Positions 40,582 to 52,850 of a stretch of DNA of 64,000 nucleotides are shown here, in pieces. The stretch's first letter is position 1; the number at the start of each line of letters is the position of its first letter. The stretch is taken from the NCBI GenBank assembly GCA_044230075.1, contig JBGARS010000005.1, positions 52,799 through 116,798 on the forward strand, in the 5' to 3' direction. The translations under genes and the position numbers were made by a program. The notes below the pieces were generated by a model. That model was not told the origin of the DNA, searched no databases, and was given only the letters and a program-made list of their open reading frames with translations. Origin of the DNA: Planctomycetota bacterium (lineage in GTDB: Bacteria > Planctomycetota > UBA1135 > UBA2386).

Positions 40582-41229
40582 ATGGCGGTGGTGCGGATTC
40601 TGGGCATCGACCCAGGCACGTTGGTGGCCGGGTTCGGCTGCCTCGAGGCGGACTTCGGCGTGCCGCGTCGCGCGGCCGGCGCGGTGCCGTTGGCCTTGCG
40701 GGCCGGCAACGTCGTGCGGCTCGACACCCGTGGCGCCGGCGACGTGCGCGTGCTCGAACTCGGCGTGCTGCGCCTCGGCGCCAAGGACGCGGCGGTGCCG
40801 CTGCGGTTGCTGGCGCTCGCGGACCAGTTCCGCGTGCTGCTCGAACGGCTACGGCCGACCGAGATCGCGCTCGAGGAGGCCTTCTACGGCAAGAGCGTGC
40901 AGGCGGCGCTGCGCATCGGGGAAGCGCGCGGCGTCGTGCTGGCGGAATCGGCGCGCTTCGGCCTGCTGGTGCACCAGTTCGCCCCGGCGCGGGTCAAGCG
41001 CAGCGTGACCGGCAACGGCGCGGCCAGCAAGCAGAGCGTCGCGGCCATGGTCGGGCACCTGCTGCCGGCGGGGCGGCAGGCGTTCGCCGGCGTGCCAGCC
41101 GATGCGACCGATGCGATCGCGGTGGCGCTGGCGCGCCTCGAGCAGCGCCGTTCACCGCTGCAGCAGCTCGCGGCCGCTCAGTCCGGCTTGCACAGCGAGA
41201 AGAAGTCGTGTTCCTCGCCTTCTTCGTAG
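40582..41229 (+). CDS. ruvC: Holliday-junction resolvase RuvC (215 aa, with an internal insertion)
   Basis: ILGIDPGT…EEAFYGKSVQAALRIGEARGV…DATDAIAVALA carries the catalytic D/E/D residues. The last ~20 codons look weakly coding. Confidence 0.87.
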   Translation: MAVVRILGIDPGTLVAGFGCLEADFGVPRRAAGAVPLALRAGNVVRLDTRGAGDVRVLELGVLRLGAKDAAVPLRLLALADQFRVLLERLRPTEIALEEAFYGKSVQAALRIGEARGVVLAESARFGLLVHQFAPARVKRSVTGNGAASKQSVAAMVGHLLPAGRQAFAGVPADATDAIAVALARLEQRRSPLQQLAAAQSGLHSEKKSCSSPSS

Positions 41230-41745
41230 GCCAGCGCGTGCAGTGGATGATGCGCGTGGCGCCCGGCGGGCACTCCATCAGCGACGCGTGCGGCACGATG
41301 GATGGATCGGGTAGCAGTCGTAGGGCAGTTCCTCACCAGCCAGCAGGCCACCTCGATGGAGCGCCCACGCAATGCCAGCGTGGTCTGCGGCCAAGCCGCT
41401 TGGCCCGCCACCGAGGGCAGACGTCGGTATCGACCACTGGGTCGACCGCCAGCGGTCGTTGGCGTCCGGCCATTCGCTGCCCCTCTCGCCGGCAGGGTAG
41501 CCTGGGCGGGGTTGCTTTCGCGCTGCCGCGCAAGTCTAATCCCGCGGCGGTTCGTGAGGCGCCCAGCAATTGCACCGACCTAGGCGGTTGGAAGGCGCGG
41601 CCAATGGCTGTGTTCTTCAGCGGTCAGATCGCCGAGACGGCTTGTCGCGGCGGTTCGCGAGTGCACCGCCGGCGCCGATGGTCACGCCGCCGCGAGCGAT
41701 CCTGGCGTGGCGCGCGCCTTTGTCATGGCGGATGGGAGGTGGCAG

Positions 41746-42837
41746 ATGATCCGAGGGCCGGTGTTGCCGCAATTGCGGGCTAGTTTGTGGGCGCAGATGG
41801 CGCGGCGGCTCGACAGCCTCGAACGTGGCCTGACGCTCGTTCTGCAGGGCGTCGACTGCAGCGCCGGCCAGTTTGGGCTCGTCGAGGGCCTCGCGCGCGA
41901 TGCGATGGGTGCCCCCGTGCTCGTGCTGGTGGCGGTCGATGGCGATGGCCTGCTGACGGCGCGGGCCCACGCTGCGTGTGAGTTCCTGGCGCGGATCGGC
42001 GACGCGCTGCCGACCGCCGTGCCCGAGGCGAACCTGGTTGCCGGCGCGCGCGGCCGCGTGCTCGTGCTCGGCACGGACGCCGGTGCGGGCAGCCTCGACC
42101 TGCTGCGCCGGCTGCCCCTGCCCGGCCTCGAAGTCTGCCGGCTGGAAACGTTCCGGATCGCCGGCAGTGAGCGCCTGGCGGTGCGCTGGCTCGACGTCGA
42201 TGGCCCCGGTCGGGTGGTGCAAGGCGCTGCACCTGGCGCCCGGTCGCCCGAGTTCGACGTTCCGTCACCACGGCGGCAAGCGTGGGACGAACTGCGCCGA
42301 CTGTGCGAACGCATCGATCCGGGCATCGCCTGGGATGGTGATCGTTTCTCACGCCGGATCACCTGGCAGGGCCGGGTGCTCGGCAGGGTCACCGTGGTCG
42401 CGGGGGAACTGTGGGGCTTCGATGTGTGCGACGGGCGCCATGCGCTGCAAGGTGCCGGCGAGATCCACCGCTTCGTCGATCTCCTGTTGCGGCGCTACTC
42501 GTGCCTGACGGGCCTGATCGCCGAGGTGGCGGGCAGCGAGGTCGGCGGCGGCGACGACGATGGCCGCGGGCCGATCCCGGCGAGCGATGACGAGGCGGTC
42601 GGGGATGCCGATCCGGTCTCCCGCACGGGATCTTCGCCGTCACGCCCCGCCAGCGTGGACTCGCTGCGTGCGACGTTGTCGACGGCGCGGCTGTCAGCCG
42701 AGGAGTACTCGGCGCTCGGCGAGCCGACGGCTGTCAGTCCATCCGACGGGGATCCCGGCGACAGCCGCTCCGACGATGTCGCCAGGATCGTCACCGCCCA
42801 GAGCGTGCCGTGGCACGCCCAGCGACGCACCGATTGA
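41746..42837 (+). CDS. Hypothetical protein: degenerate NucS/DUF91-like (PD-(D/E)XK-fold) N-domain plus acidic Ser/Pro-rich tail (363 aa)
   Basis: GGGAGGTGG lies 6 nt before ATG 41746 (the ORF is open from GTG 41707). The layout LERGLTLV…GLVEGLARDAMGAPVLVLVAVDG…RGRVLVLGTD… mirrors NucS-type nuclease domains, but the catalytic D/E/K positions are substituted. Confidence 0.6.
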   Translation: MIRGPVLPQLRASLWAQMARRLDSLERGLTLVLQGVDCSAGQFGLVEGLARDAMGAPVLVLVAVDGDGLLTARAHAACEFLARIGDALPTAVPEANLVAGARGRVLVLGTDAGAGSLDLLRRLPLPGLEVCRLETFRIAGSERLAVRWLDVDGPGRVVQGAAPGARSPEFDVPSPRRQAWDELRRLCERIDPGIAWDGDRFSRRITWQGRVLGRVTVVAGELWGFDVCDGRHALQGAGEIHRFVDLLLRRYSCLTGLIAEVAGSEVGGGDDDGRGPIPASDDEAVGDADPVSRTGSSPSRPASVDSLRATLSTARLSAEEYSALGEPTAVSPSDGDPGDSRSDDVARIVTAQSVPWHAQRRTD

Positions 42838-42910
42838 TCGACCGCACTGCGCGCGGGTGCAGGCGGTTCCTTTGCCTTGCCGATTGCGAGCCCCAGGGCT
42901 CGAGGAGCAC

Positions 42911-43810
42911 TTGGAACCAGAGCTGAACGGCTTCGACTCCGGACGCGGGCTGCTGCGGCGTCTGTTCCGCCGGGTCGGTGCGGCGGAGGCGCAATCGTCG
43001 GAGGCCGTCGTGCTGGCGTTCGCGAGTGGCAAGGGGGGGACGGGCAAGTCGTTCCTGGCCACCAACGCGGCGATCGGACTGCACGCCGCCGGCAAGCGTG
43101 TCGTCGTGGTCGACTGCGACTTCGGGCTCGCGAACGCGCACCTGCTGTTCGGCGTCAACCCGCGCTTCTCGATGCAGCACCTGCTCGACGGAGCGGTCTC
43201 CGCGGCAGAAGCGATCGTCACCACGCCGCACGGCCCCAACCTCGTCGCCGGTGGATCCGGCATTGCCAGCCTGGCCGAGCTCGGGGCGCGGCACATGCAG
43301 GCCCTCGCCAAGGCCCTCGACTGGCTGGCCGGTTGCCACGACTACGTGTTGCTCGACTGTCCTGCGGGGTTGGCGCCGCAGTCGATGATCACCGTGCTCG
43401 CCGCGCAGCACGTGATCGTCGTCACCAACCCCGAGATCGCTGCGCTGACCGATGCCTATGCGCTGATCAAGTGCCTCGCCAGGCAGCCGGCGCGGCCCAA
43501 CGTGCAGCTGATCGTCAATCGTGTGGTCAGCCCAGGACTGGGGAAGGCGACGTTCGATCGACTCGCGGACGTTTCTCGCCGATTTGCGGGCTGTGAGATC
43601 CACTACGTCGGCGAGGTGCCAGAGGATGCGTCGGTGACGCACCGGCGCCTCGGGCAACCACCTTTGTTGGCGAACCAGCCTCGATGCCCGACCTCCCAGG
43701 CGATCCTCTCGGTGCTGCGCAACGTCGAGTGGCAGGTGGGCAGCCGCGCCCACCTGTCGACGGGGCAGGGAGTGGCGCACCGCATGCTGGCGCAGATCCG
43801 CCGCTGGTGA
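42911..43810 (+). CDS. MinD/ParA-superfamily ATPase, FlhG (YlxH)-like (about 299 aa; start uncertain, TTG 42911 or GTG 42857)
   Basis: Deviant Walker A SGKGGTGKS. DCDFGLANAHLLFG, …LVAGGSGIASL…, and Walker B VLLDCPAG. GAGGAG lies just upstream of TTG 42911. Confidence 0.82.
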   Translation: MEPELNGFDSGRGLLRRLFRRVGAAEAQSSEAVVLAFASGKGGTGKSFLATNAAIGLHAAGKRVVVVDCDFGLANAHLLFGVNPRFSMQHLLDGAVSAAEAIVTTPHGPNLVAGGSGIASLAELGARHMQALAKALDWLAGCHDYVLLDCPAGLAPQSMITVLAAQHVIVVTNPEIAALTDAYALIKCLARQPARPNVQLIVNRVVSPGLGKATFDRLADVSRRFAGCEIHYVGEVPEDASVTHRRLGQPPLLANQPRCPTSQAILSVLRNVEWQVGSRAHLSTGQGVAHRMLAQIRRW

Positions 43811-44151
43811 ACTCGGCACGTTCGCGCCTGCTGCTGGGGTTCTGGGCGCTGCTCGTGATGGGGCTGGCGGTTCGCGCCCTGGGTCGCGGCCTCGTCGGCG
43901 ATCGCTGGGGGCGGGAACTGAGCCTCCGGCCGACGGTCATCGACCTCAATTCCGCCTCGGTCGCCGAACTGTCGACCTTGCCCGGCATCGGCGCCGTGCG
44001 GGCCGAGGCGATCGTGCTGGACCGGATCCGACGCGGTGCGTTCCGCACGGTCGAAGACCTCGATCGTGTGGACGGTTTGGGAGCGGGCACGCTCGATGAC
44101 CTGCGCCGCTTCGTCGAGTGCCGCCGCAGCGGCCGCGATGCGGTCCGCTGA
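43807..44151 (+). CDS. ComEA-like membrane-anchored helix-hairpin-helix DNA-binding protein (114 aa)
   Basis: The GTG overlaps the ATPase stop (GTGA). N-terminal TM segment (LLLGFWALLVMGLAV), then IDLNSASVAELSTLPGIGAVRAEAIV…FRTVEDLDRVDGLG (HhH motifs). Confidence 0.8.
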   Translation: MNSARSRLLLGFWALLVMGLAVRALGRGLVGDRWGRELSLRPTVIDLNSASVAELSTLPGIGAVRAEAIVLDRIRRGAFRTVEDLDRVDGLGAGTLDDLRRFVECRRSGRDAVR

Positions 44152-44206
44152 CGGCCTCGAAGGCCCAGTGTGCGCCGATGCGGCTGGGTTTGCTTTCGGG
44201 TAGCCT

Positions 44207-45106
44207 TTGCCGCACCCCATGCACGGTCGAGCCGCCACGCTGCGTGATTGTGTGCGACGAGCGCTCGCGGAGGATCTCGGGTCCACGGCGGTCGATGCTG
44301 CGGCGGACGTGACGACGCGCCTCGCCGTGATGGCGGACGTTCCTGGGCGTGCGCGGCTGATCGCCAAGTCGTCGGGGGTGCTTGCCGGCTCCGACTGTGC
44401 GGTGCAGGCGTTCCGCGAACTGGCGCCCGATTGCCAGGTCGAGTCCCTGTGCCGCGATGGCGACGCGTTCGCGCCCGGGGATCTGATCCTGCACGTCGCT
44501 GGCAGCATGCGGGCGCTGCTGGTCGCCGAACGCACCGCGCTGAACTTCGTGCAGCGGCTGTCGGGCATCGCCACGCTGACGCGTGCTTTCGTCGCGGCGA
44601 TCGCCGGGACCAAGGCACGGATCCTCGACACCAGGAAGACCACGCCGGGGCTGCGGTTGCTCGAGAAGGCGGCCGTGGTCGCGGGTGGCGGCTGCAACCA
44701 CCGCATCGGGCTGTACGATCAGGTGCTGCTGAAGGAGAACCACTTCGCCTTCGCGCAGCCGTCGAGCTACGAGCAGACGGTGCGGCGTTGCGTCGATGGC
44801 CAGTCGGCACCGGTGATCGCCGAGGCCAGGGACGTCGCCGAGGCGCTCGCCGCCGTGCGGGGCGGAGCCGCCGTCGTGCTGCTGGACAACTTCGCTCCGG
44901 GCGACGCGCTGCGGGCAGCGGTTGCCGCCGTTCGCAGCGCGGCCGCTGCGCAAGGCCGCGCCGTGGAGATCGAGGCGTCCGGCGGCATCGACCTGCGCAC
45001 GGTGCGGGCGTTCGCCGAATGCGGCGTCGACCGGATCTCGGTGGGGGTGATCACCCACTCGGCGCCGGCGGTCGATCTGTCGCTGCTCGTCGAGGGCGTG
45101 ACGTGA
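44207..45106 (+). CDS. nadC: Nicotinate-nucleotide pyrophosphorylase (quinolinate phosphoribosyltransferase, 299 aa)
   Basis: …ERTALNFVQRLSGIAT…ILDTRKTTPGLRLLEKAAVVAGGGCNHRIGLYDQVLLKENH… matches the family. Confidence 0.92.
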   Translation: MPHPMHGRAATLRDCVRRALAEDLGSTAVDAAADVTTRLAVMADVPGRARLIAKSSGVLAGSDCAVQAFRELAPDCQVESLCRDGDAFAPGDLILHVAGSMRALLVAERTALNFVQRLSGIATLTRAFVAAIAGTKARILDTRKTTPGLRLLEKAAVVAGGGCNHRIGLYDQVLLKENHFAFAQPSSYEQTVRRCVDGQSAPVIAEARDVAEALAAVRGGAAVVLLDNFAPGDALRAAVAAVRSAAAAQGRAVEIEASGGIDLRTVRAFAECGVDRISVGVITHSAPAVDLSLLVEGVT

Positions 45107-45534
45107 CGGATCATCGCCTCACGTTCCCGCCGCGGCCCAGCGTGCTCACGCAGCTGCGGCTCCGGGTGCGCGCGCTGGCGATCCAGATGGGGGCGCCGGC
45201 CGAAGTCGGTGACAAGCTCGCGTTGGTCGTCGACGAATTGGTGAACAACGCCGTCGAGCACGGCGCCGCCTACCGGCGACGCGGTCTCGACCTCGCCATC
45301 GAACTGCACGTCGTGGGCGACCGCACCCGGATCGAGTTCTTCGATCAGGAGATGCCGGTGGAATGGGTGCGGGAGCTGGCGCGGGCGTTGGCGGCTTCGT
45401 CGACGGGCATGCCTTCGCTGGACAGCGAGCGCGGTCGCGGCCTGTTCTTGATGTCGGTCTACCTCGACGATTTGTGCGTCGAGGTGGCCGCGACAGGCGG
45501 CCTGCGCCTCGTCGGCACGGTGCAACGCCAGTGA
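45103..45534 (+). CDS. RsbW/SpoIIAB-like anti-sigma-factor Ser kinase (HATPase_c_2, 143 aa)
   Basis: The GTG overlaps the nadC stop (GTGA). N-box VDELVNNAVEHG and G-box ERGRGLFLM. Confidence 0.7.
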   Translation: MTDHRLTFPPRPSVLTQLRLRVRALAIQMGAPAEVGDKLALVVDELVNNAVEHGAAYRRRGLDLAIELHVVGDRTRIEFFDQEMPVEWVRELARALAASSTGMPSLDSERGRGLFLMSVYLDDLCVEVAATGGLRLVGTVQRQ

Positions 45535-46019
45535 CCCGTTGGTGCGAGGCGGTGCTGGATTGGTGGCTGCGCTGCCCGGTCGGCGTGCGGAGCCTCGCAC
45601 CGATCGCGGTGATGGCGTTCTTGTGGTGGTCGTCGTCGCGGCGCCCCGATGTGCAGGAGGCGAGTGCCTTCAGCGCCGTGCTGCACAATGGCGCCCACGT
45701 CGTGGCCTATGCCACCCTCGCCGGCAGCTTCCTGTTGGTCCTGGCGCGAATCGATCGACCGGCGTCCCGCCAGCGCACCATCGTGGTCAGTTTCCTGCTG
45801 GCCGTCGCCTACGGTTTCGTCGACGAACTGCACCAGTCGTTCGTGCCGGGCCGCGTCTGCTCGATCGCCGACGTGATGACGGATGCTGCGGGTTCGGTGC
45901 TCGCGCTGATGGTGCTGGGGACGCGGCTGGGCGCCGCCCCGGTCTCCTGGCGCAGTCTGGCGATCGCCGTGGTCGTGTGCCTGCTCTGCGTGGCATTCGC
46001 GACCTGGGGGCCGCTGTGA
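45531..46019 (+). CDS. VanZ-like family membrane protein (162 aa)
   Basis: The GTG overlaps the upstream stop (GTGA). Four TM segments and the VanZ signature DELHQSFVPGRVCSIADVMTDAAG. Confidence 0.8.
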   Translation: MTRWCEAVLDWWLRCPVGVRSLAPIAVMAFLWWSSSRRPDVQEASAFSAVLHNGAHVVAYATLAGSFLLVLARIDRPASRQRTIVVSFLLAVAYGFVDELHQSFVPGRVCSIADVMTDAAGSVLALMVLGTRLGAAPVSWRSLAIAVVVCLLCVAFATWGPL

Positions 46020-46129
46020 CCTGCGCGCGAGACACTCGCACCGCCGCATGACAACGGGGTCTCGGGGCGGCCCCTGGCGCGGGAGCTGACTCGCATCGCC
46101 GCCACGCGCACTGCGCTCTGGTGGGTGCC

Positions 46130-46531
46130 ATGATGCGATTCCCTCTGTTCTGCGTGGCGACCCTGCTCGGGGCCGCCGTCTCGGTGCCCGCCCAGATCTC
46201 CATCGAGGGAAGGATCGGTCGCCACGTCACCGCCAGCGTCGTCGTCGGCCAGCGCGACCACGACCAGGGCCGGAACACCCGCGGCTCGCGCCGCCACGTG
46301 GAGCCGGTCCGCCGGATCCCTGCGCCGCCGCGCGGCCACTGGGACACGGTGCAGGAGCAGTATCTGGTGCCAGGCTTCTGGAACGAAGTGCAGGTGCCGC
46401 CGACCTACGGCTGGAGCTTCGACTCCTGTGGCCACCGCCGCTGGGGTGTCGTGGATGCCGGTGGTTGCCGGCGCGAGTGGGTGCCGGCCCGTTGGGAGAC
46501 CCGATGCCGCCGCGTCTGGGTTCCCTGCTGA
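46130..46531 (+). CDS. Small secreted Arg/Trp/Cys-rich protein with W-x-(V)P-x-(x)-W type repeats (133 aa)
   Basis: Signal peptide MMRFPLFCVATLLGAAVSVPAQ. High GC3. Motifs HWDTV…VPGFWNEVQVP…REWVPARWE…RVWVPC. Confidence 0.7.
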   Translation: MMRFPLFCVATLLGAAVSVPAQISIEGRIGRHVTASVVVGQRDHDQGRNTRGSRRHVEPVRRIPAPPRGHWDTVQEQYLVPGFWNEVQVPPTYGWSFDSCGHRRWGVVDAGGCRREWVPARWETRCRRVWVPC

Positions 46532-46556
46532 CATGACGGGGGCAGCCGCCCCTTCC

Positions 46557-46593
46557 CGCGAGCCGGGTCGCCCTGCAGGCGAGCCGGCTCGCG
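46557..46593 (+). terminator. Strong hairpin terminator after the small secreted-protein gene
   Basis: CGCGAGCCGGGTCGCC (46557-46572) pairs with GGCGAGCCGGCTCGCG (46578-46593) at 15 of 16 positions across a 5-nt loop, followed by TCGTTTC. Confidence 0.65.
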
Positions 46594-46672
46594 TCGTTTC
46601 CGGGCTGCACCAAGGCGCTGGCCCCCCGGCGAAGCGTGGCGCCGCGATGGGTGGCCTGCTAGACAGGCACGC

Positions 46673-48109
46673 ATGACCGACCGCGGCGACCGGTTCGACC
46701 ATCCGCTGATCGAGCGATACGCCAGCCGTGAGATGGCTCGGCTGTTCTCGCCGCGCGAGCGCCACACGGCCTGGCGCGACCTGTGGATCTGCCTCGCCGA
46801 AGCCGAGCACGAACTGGGCTTGCCCGTCACCCGGGAGCAGATCGACGAACTGCGGCGCCACCGCGACCAGTTCGACTGGGACCGGGTCGCACAGCTGGAG
46901 AAGGAGCTGCGCCACGACGTGATGGCGCACGTGCACCACTACGGCGAATTGGCGCCGAAGGCCCGACCGATCCTCCACCTGGGTGCGACCAGCTGTTTCG
47001 TCACCGACAACGGCGATCTGCTGCTCTACCGGCGGGCGCTGCGCATGCTCGAGCAGCGCCTCGGTGCGGTCCTGTCGGCGCTCGCCACGTTCGCGGCGAC
47101 ATGGAAGGACCAGCCGTGCCTCGGCTACACACACTTCCAGGTCGCCCAGCCGGTGACCGTCGGCAAGCGCGCGTGCCTCTGGGCGCAGGACTTCGCGCTC
47201 GACCTCGACGAGGCGCAGCGCGTCGCCGACTGGCTGCCGTTCCGCGGCGTCAAGGGCACGACCGGCACGCAGGCGACCTTCCTGATGCTCGCCAATGGCG
47301 ACCATGACAAGGTCGAGGAACTGGACCGGCGCGTCACCCGGGCGATGGGGTTCGGCAGGTCGATCCCGGTCAGCGGCCAGACCTACACGCGCAAGATCGA
47401 CTGGACGATCCACCAGCTGCTGTCCGCGATCGCGCAATCGGCCAGCAAGTTCGCGACCGACGTGCGGCTGTTGTCGCACGAAGGCGAACTCGAGGAGCCG
47501 AGTGAGTCGAAGCAGATCGGCAGTTCGGCGATGGCCTACAAGAAGAACCCGATGCGCTGTGAGCGTGTCTGTTCGCTGGCCCGCTACGTGATCGAGGTCG
47601 CGACCACCAGCGCGCACACGGCCGCGAACCAGTGGCTGGAGCGAACGCTCGACGACTCCGCAGTGCGCAGGATCGCGCTGCCGGAGGCGTTCCTGGCGAT
47701 CGACGGCATCCTGATGCTGGTCGAGAACGTCGCCAAGGGGCTGGTCGTGTATCCGCGCGTGATCGAGAAGAAGCTGCGCGAACAGCTGCCGTTCCTGGCC
47801 ACCGAGGAGATCCTGATGGCCGGTGTCGCGGCCGGCGGCGATCGCCAGGACCTGCACGAACGGGTGCGCGTGCACAGCCGCGCCGCCGCGCAGGCGGTGA
47901 AGGCCGAGGGCCGCGACAACCCGTTGATGGAGCTGATCGCGAAGGACCCCGCCTTCGCGGCGATCCACGGCGCGCTGCCGAGCCTGATGGACCCGAGACG
48001 CTTCGTCGGTCGGGCGGCAGAACAGGTGGTGACGTTCGTGCGCGACGAGATCACGCCGCGTCTGGCACGGCTGCCGCAGGGTCGCCTCGACAGCGACGTC
48101 CGCGTGTGA
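46673..48109 (+). CDS. purB: Adenylosuccinate lyase (478 aa)
   Basis: …LHLGATSCFVTDNGDLL…GVKGTTGTQATF… plus the signature SSAMAYKKNPMRCE. Confidence 0.93.
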   Translation: MTDRGDRFDHPLIERYASREMARLFSPRERHTAWRDLWICLAEAEHELGLPVTREQIDELRRHRDQFDWDRVAQLEKELRHDVMAHVHHYGELAPKARPILHLGATSCFVTDNGDLLLYRRALRMLEQRLGAVLSALATFAATWKDQPCLGYTHFQVAQPVTVGKRACLWAQDFALDLDEAQRVADWLPFRGVKGTTGTQATFLMLANGDHDKVEELDRRVTRAMGFGRSIPVSGQTYTRKIDWTIHQLLSAIAQSASKFATDVRLLSHEGELEEPSESKQIGSSAMAYKKNPMRCERVCSLARYVIEVATTSAHTAANQWLERTLDDSAVRRIALPEAFLAIDGILMLVENVAKGLVVYPRVIEKKLREQLPFLATEEILMAGVAAGGDRQDLHERVRVHSRAAAQAVKAEGRDNPLMELIAKDPAFAAIHGALPSLMDPRRFVGRAAEQVVTFVRDEITPRLARLPQGRLDSDVRV

Positions 48110-48113
48110 ACGC

Positions 48114-49109
48114 CTACTCCATGCGGTAGGTCTGCAGCGTGCGCATGTAGTTGACGCGCTCGAATGCCTTCGGGTCCGGCGTGCGGCTGCTGTCCATGCT
48201 GCCGCGCATCTGTCGCAGCGACTCGTAGTCGTGCGCTTCGAGCCACTGCGACATCTCGTTGCACAGCGTCGCCACCTTGCCGACGCCGCCTCGCAGCAGC
48301 GCCGTGACGAGCTGCACCGCGTGCGCTCCACACATCACCGCCTTGATGGCATCGGTGGCGGTCTGCACGCCGCCCGACACCGCGAGATCGGTGCGCAGCT
48401 GACCCGACAGGAGCCCGAGCCAGCGCAGGCGCAGCAGCAGTTCGTTGCGGTGCGAGAGTTCCAGGTGGGTGCTCATCTCGAGGGCGTCGAGATCGACGTC
48501 GGGTTCGAAGAAGCGGTTGAACAACACGAGGCCCGCGGCGCCCGCATCCTGCAGCCGCAATGCGAAGTGCACGAGCGAGGTGTAGAACGGCGACAGCTTG
48601 ACGGCGACGGGAATGCGCAGCGACTGCGTCACTTGCCGCACGATCGCGACCGCTCGATCTTCCAGTTCGGCGCTGCTCTCGCCGGGGTCCGTCGCGACGG
48701 CGTAGAGATTCAGCTCGAGTGCATCGGCGCCGGCTTCTTCGATGCGCCTGGCGTAGTCGATCCAGCCGCCTTCGGTGTAGCCGTTCAGCGAGGCGATCAC
48801 CGGCACCTGCACGGTGGCCTTCACCAGCTGCAGATGCGCCAGGTACTCGTCGGGGCCGAAGACGCTGTCGTCGGCTGCCGGCAGGTACGACCGCGCTTCC
48901 CCGTGCGCCTCGGTGTGGCCGAACACCGATTGGTGGTGCGCCAGGGCCTCGAGATCGATCTGCTCTTCGAACAGGGAGCGCAGCACGATCGCGGCGATGC
49001 CGGCATCGGCGAGGCGCTGACAGCGCTCGACCGTGTCGGCGAGCGGCGAGGCGCCGGCCACGAAGGGATGCGGCAGCGACAGACCGAGGTACTTCGTCGA
49101 CAGGTCCAT
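48114..49109 (-). CDS. Dihydroorotate-dehydrogenase-like protein (331 aa)
   Basis: MDLSTKYLGLSLPHPFVAGASPL…IVLRSLFEEQI… matches the DHOD-like TIM-barrel family that is commonly annotated next to PFOR. It starts 2 nt after the PFOR stop. Confidence 0.85.
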   Translation of the reverse strand: MDLSTKYLGLSLPHPFVAGASPLADTVERCQRLADAGIAAIVLRSLFEEQIDLEALAHHQSVFGHTEAHGEARSYLPAADDSVFGPDEYLAHLQLVKATVQVPVIASLNGYTEGGWIDYARRIEEAGADALELNLYAVATDPGESSAELEDRAVAIVRQVTQSLRIPVAVKLSPFYTSLVHFALRLQDAGAAGLVLFNRFFEPDVDLDALEMSTHLELSHRNELLLRLRWLGLLSGQLRTDLAVSGGVQTATDAIKAVMCGAHAVQLVTALLRGGVGKVATLCNEMSQWLEAHDYESLRQMRGSMDSSRTPDPKAFERVNYMRTLQTYRME

Positions 49110-49111
49110 GA

Positions 49112-52717
<3,606 letters not shown>

Positions 52718-52850
52718 GCGGTTCCTCGAGCTGTGCGCCGTGCGACGCGATGGATGCGCCCATGGTCCCCCCGGTCTGGGTCGGTTTCGTGTGGGTCGTG
52801 GGGCGTAGGCCATATTGGCGCGGCCCGGGCCGACGGAGAGAATCCGGCGC

